Shown here one piece after another: positions 61,504 through 64,000 of a DNA stretch of 64,000 nt (position 1 is its first letter; each line of letters starts with the position of its first letter). The DNA is taken from positions 12,237 to 76,236 of the forward strand of contig CALLYE010000073.1 in assembly GCA_937875545.1 (NCBI GenBank). Direction: 5' to 3'. This DNA is from an uncultured Clostridia bacterium. GTDB lineage: Bacteria; Bacillota; Clostridia; Oscillospirales; CAG-272. A model generated the notes under the pieces. It searched no databases, was not told where the DNA came from, and worked only from the letters and a program-made list of their open reading frames with translations. Both the position numbers and the translations under genes were made by a program.

Positions 61504-62724
61504 ATGGCAAACATCGTCATTCCCGAGCAGCTTGACAGAGCGCGAAAGCTGCTTCTCATGCGTGACGACGCGCAGTTCGAAGTCGGCTGCGATTCCGACG
61601 CCGAGCGCACCGCGCTGCTTTGCGCCGGCTCGATCCACGGTAAAGCCGCACCGCCGAAAATCCCCAAGGTGTTCATGTCCAATAACTGCACCTTTAACTG
61701 CGCGTATTGCTGCTGCCGCTGCGGGCGCGACAAACAGCATGTCTACGCCACGCCGCCGCGTGAGCTTGCGACGATGGCGGTTGATAACGCCAAGAAAAAC
61801 GGATATGGAGTCTTTGTTACTTCCGCGATTTACAAAAACGCCGACTACACGCAGGAGCTGCTCGCCGAGAGCGTGCGCATTATGCGTGAGGAGCTGTCCT
61901 ACCGCGGTTTTATTCACTGCAAGATCATGCCCGGTGCAGACCCGGCGCTCATATCCGCGACGGGGCGTTACGCCGACCGGCTGAGTGTGAATATCGAGGT
62001 CGCACAAAGCGCTGGGTATGAAAAAATCGCCAAACAAAAGAATAAAACGAACATCCTCACTCCGATGAATGAGATTTCGGAACAAATAAAAATCGCCAAA
62101 TACGACCGCCGCCAGTTCGCGCGCTCACAGACGACGCAGCTCATGGCGGGCAGCACCGGCGAGGACGACCGTACGATTATGCAGCTCTCCTCCGCCCTGT
62201 ACCGCAAATATCGGTTGAGCCGCGTGTATTACACCGCGTTCACGCTGCTGCACGACGCTGCGGGCTATGAGCCGGAGGAACTGCCCCGCACCGCGACGCC
62301 CTATTGGCGCATGGCGCGGCTGTATCAGGCTGACCGTCTGCAGCAGCTCTACGGTTTTTCGCCCGACGACGTTACGCCGGCTGACGCGCCCTTCCTCGAC
62401 CGCGAGCTTGACCCCAAAGCGGCATGGGCGCTGCGCAATATCAGCCTCTACCCTGTCGAGGTCAACCGCGCCGATTTTGATACGCTGATACGCGTGCCCG
62501 GTATCGGCTTGACCTACGCGCGGCGCATTATCGAGGCGCGGCGCTCCTGCACCGTGACGCACGATCTTATGCGTAAAATGCGCATTCCGCTTAAACGCTG
62601 CGCGTTTTTCATCACCTGCGACGGTAAATACGAGGGCGGCGACGCGCTCGATTCGCTCGGGCTGCGCTATATGCTCGCCGCCAGCGACCGCATGTCAATC
62701 GGCAATACTCTTGCTGAAAAGTGA
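61504..62724 (+). CDS. putative DNA modification/repair radical SAM protein with C-terminal helix-hairpin-helix
   Basis: Cys-rich cluster region NNCTFNCAYCCCRCGRD and a C-terminal HhH (LIRVPGIGLTYARRIIEARR). Start set at ATG 61504 (AAGGA SD, 8-nt spacing), downstream of the promoter. Upstream parts of the longest ORF overlap the terminator and promoter. Confidence 0.8.
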   Translation: MANIVIPEQLDRARKLLLMRDDAQFEVGCDSDAERTALLCAGSIHGKAAPPKIPKVFMSNNCTFNCAYCCCRCGRDKQHVYATPPRELATMAVDNAKKNGYGVFVTSAIYKNADYTQELLAESVRIMREELSYRGFIHCKIMPGADPALISATGRYADRLSVNIEVAQSAGYEKIAKQKNKTNILTPMNEISEQIKIAKYDRRQFARSQTTQLMAGSTGEDDRTIMQLSSALYRKYRLSRVYYTAFTLLHDAAGYEPEELPRTATPYWRMARLYQADRLQQLYGFSPDDVTPADAPFLDRELDPKAAWALRNISLYPVEVNRADFDTLIRVPGIGLTYARRIIEARRSCTVTHDLMRKMRIPLKRCAFFITCDGKYEGGDALDSLGLRYMLAASDRMSIGNTLAEK

Positions 62725-62786
62725 CAGTGGACGAGGGGACGAGGGTACGGGGTACGCTGGGGGACTTTTTTCGAAAAGTCCCCCAG
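62725..62786 (+). repeat. stop-proximal G-rich heptad + hairpin element (copy after the radical SAM gene)
   Basis: After the TGA: CAGTGG ACGAGGGG ACGAGGG TACGGGG TACG, then a perfect 13-bp hairpin CTGGGGGACTTTT-TTCG-AAAAGTCCCCCAG (62757-62786), then ACCCCCCAAAAACTTTATGATAATTTTAATAAAA. Confidence 0.7.
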
Positions 62787-62823
62787 ACCCCCCAAAAACT
62801 TTATGATAATTTTAATAAAATAA

Positions 62824-62866
62824 GCCCCCGTCTGGTTCAGGGAACCGGATTAGGGGGCGCTATTTT
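62824..62866 (+). terminator. terminator-like imperfect hairpin
   Basis: GCCCCCGTCTGGTT...AACCGGATTAGGGGGC (outer stem GCCCCC/GGGGGC exact, inner part imperfect) followed by GCTATTTT. Confidence 0.45.
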
Positions 62867-62944
62867 CATTGTATATAAAAAGAGGATATAAAACCTGCTC
62901 CGCAATTAACCATCTTTCAATAATTGTGCAATTTATCCTTTGTT

Positions 62945-63019
62945 TGCGGGGTGTGGGGGGAGCGGGGTCAAGCTTGCTTGACCCTCTCCCCACCACGCGT
63001 ACCCCCGTTCCCTGTCCCG
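62945..63019 (-). repeat. stop-proximal G-rich heptad + hairpin element (copy after the malic enzyme gene)
   Basis: After the TAA, the minus strand reads CGGGACAGGGA ACGGGGG TACGCG TGGTGGGGAG AGGGTCAAGC-AA-GCTTGACCC CGCTCCCCCCACACCCCGCAAACA. It is near-identical to the pnp copy apart from a nested hairpin insertion. Confidence 0.65.
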
Positions 63020-64000
63020 TTATATCCGGGCGACACCACTGTTACGGGCAGCCTGCGAGACTGCGGCGGCGACCTTGGCGGCTACTGATTTATCCAGCGC
63101 GCTGGGTATAATGCAGTCGGGCGCCAGCATTTCGCCGGTAACGCAGCCAGCGATAGCGTAAGCGGCGGCGATTTTCATCTCCTCATTTATATCGGACGCG
63201 CGCACATCGAGCGCGCCGCGAAAAATACCGGGGAAAGCAAGCACATTGTTAATCTGGTTGGGAAAATCGCTGCGCCCCGTACCGATTATCGCGGCACCTG
63301 CTTCACGCGCGAGGTCGGGCATAATTTCCGGCGTGGGGTTCGCCATCGGGAACAATAACGGATTTTTCGCCATCGAGCGCACCATTTCGGGCGTGACGCA
63401 GCCGGGTGCGGACACACCTATGAATACATCCGCGCCGCGCATGGCGTCGGCAAGACTGCCGCGCTTATCCTGCGTGTTGGTCAGATTGGCAAGCTCGCGT
63501 TTAGAATCATTCAGCGTTTCGTCGCCGCGATAGATTATACCCTTCCGGTCGCACGCTACAATGTCGCGCGCGCCCAGCGCGATGAGCTGCTTGATTATCG
63601 CGACGCCTGCCGCGCCCGCGCCGTTGAGTACGATTGATATCTCTGAAAACTTCCGCCCGGTCAGCTTCAAGGCGTTTATCAGCGCGGCGGAGGTCACGAC
63701 CGCCGTGCCGTGCTGGTCATCGTGGAAGATGGGTATGTCACAGCGCCGCTTGAGCTTGCGCTCAATTTCGAAACAGCGGGGCGCAGATATGTCTTCGAGG
63801 TTGATACCGCCAAAACTGCCCGCGATCAGCGCGACGGTTTCGACGATCTCGTCCACATTCTTCGAGCGCACGCAGATCGGGAAAGCGTCAACGTCCGCAA
63901 AAGTCTTGAACAGCGCGCATTTACCCTCCATGACGGGCATTCCCGCCTCCGGGCCGATATCGCCCAGTCCGAGCACCGCCGTACCGTCGGTTACCACCGC
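63020..64000 (-). CDS. NAD(P)-dependent malic enzyme (N-terminus outside the window)
   Basis: VTDGTAVLGLGDIGPEAGMPVMEGKCALFK, LNGAGAAG and ANPTPEI motifs are typical of prokaryotic malic enzymes. The ORF stays open to the window edge. Confidence 0.88.
   Translation of the reverse strand, partial: AVVTDGTAVLGLGDIGPEAGMPVMEGKCALFKTFADVDAFPICVRSKNVDEIVETVALIAGSFGGINLEDISAPRCFEIERKLKRRCDIPIFHDDQHGTAVVTSAALINALKLTGRKFSEISIVLNGAGAAGVAIIKQLIALGARDIVACDRKGIIYRGDETLNDSKRELANLTNTQDKRGSLADAMRGADVFIGVSAPGCVTPEMVRSMAKNPLLFPMANPTPEIMPDLAREAGAAIIGTGRSDFPNQINNVLAFPGIFRGALDVRASDINEEMKIAAAYAIAGCVTGEMLAPDCIIPSALDKSVAAKVAAAVSQAARNSGVARI

Noticed and set aside
62869-63111. 80-aa ORF in the repeat-filled gap. The similar ORF 28359-28715 (118 aa) lies in the other convergent gap.
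   Set aside because: Both run through hairpin and repeat elements and continue antisense into the neighbouring gene. They have no SD, and the translations are repeat-derived (Gly/Arg/Pro strings).
1-64000. CRISPR arrays, tRNA/rRNA genes, transposases, integrases, prophage or toxin-antitoxin modules.
   Set aside because: No regularly spaced 25-40 nt repeats with unique spacers were seen; the only tandem repeats are 7-8 nt units. No cloverleaf-like or rRNA-like sequence appears in any intergenic gap. No ORF has recombinase, transposase or phage structural motifs.

Overview
This is a 64-kb chromosomal segment from a GC-rich genome (by eye about 55-60% GC) of a spore-forming Clostridia-type Firmicute. 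The taxon call rests on spoVAD/spoVAE, an ispH-S1 fusion gene, hemZ, a SpoVB/MurJ-like flippase and Gram-positive SD sites. I call about 50 tightly packed protein genes. Most are housekeeping: murI, dtd, a nucleoside-salvage cluster (udk-like, punA, mtaD), rsmI, ispH/S1-plsC-cmk, purD, cysE-cysS, rpsO-pnp, purL and mtaB. Small accessory islands are interspersed, several of them visibly more AT-rich. They include a TerB-N/TerB-C protein + DUF2791-type ATPase + LRR lipoprotein unit; a BlaI-BlaR1-DUF3592 operon with a duplicated non-PBP sensor; an FGE-like/GH42-like fusion; a cytoplasmic FG-GAP propeller with a Gfo/Idh/MocA oxidoreductase; a Gfo/Idh/MocA-membrane/VOC-ABM operon; a heterodimeric ABC exporter; an XRE-TPR regulator; and an unpartnered radical-SAM DNA repair/modification gene. 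I recognised no rRNA, tRNA, CRISPR array, transposase, integrase or prophage genes. The best candidate for an undescribed system is the helicase-less TerB/ATPase/LRR unit at 4026-8212. The most striking non-coding signal is a family of G-rich heptad repeats plus GC hairpin that begins within a few nt of stop codons, always co-oriented with the upstream gene (at least 6 copies). A second hairpin family starts with TGTAGGGGCG. All functional calls come from reading the translated ORFs and motifs by eye. No database search was run.
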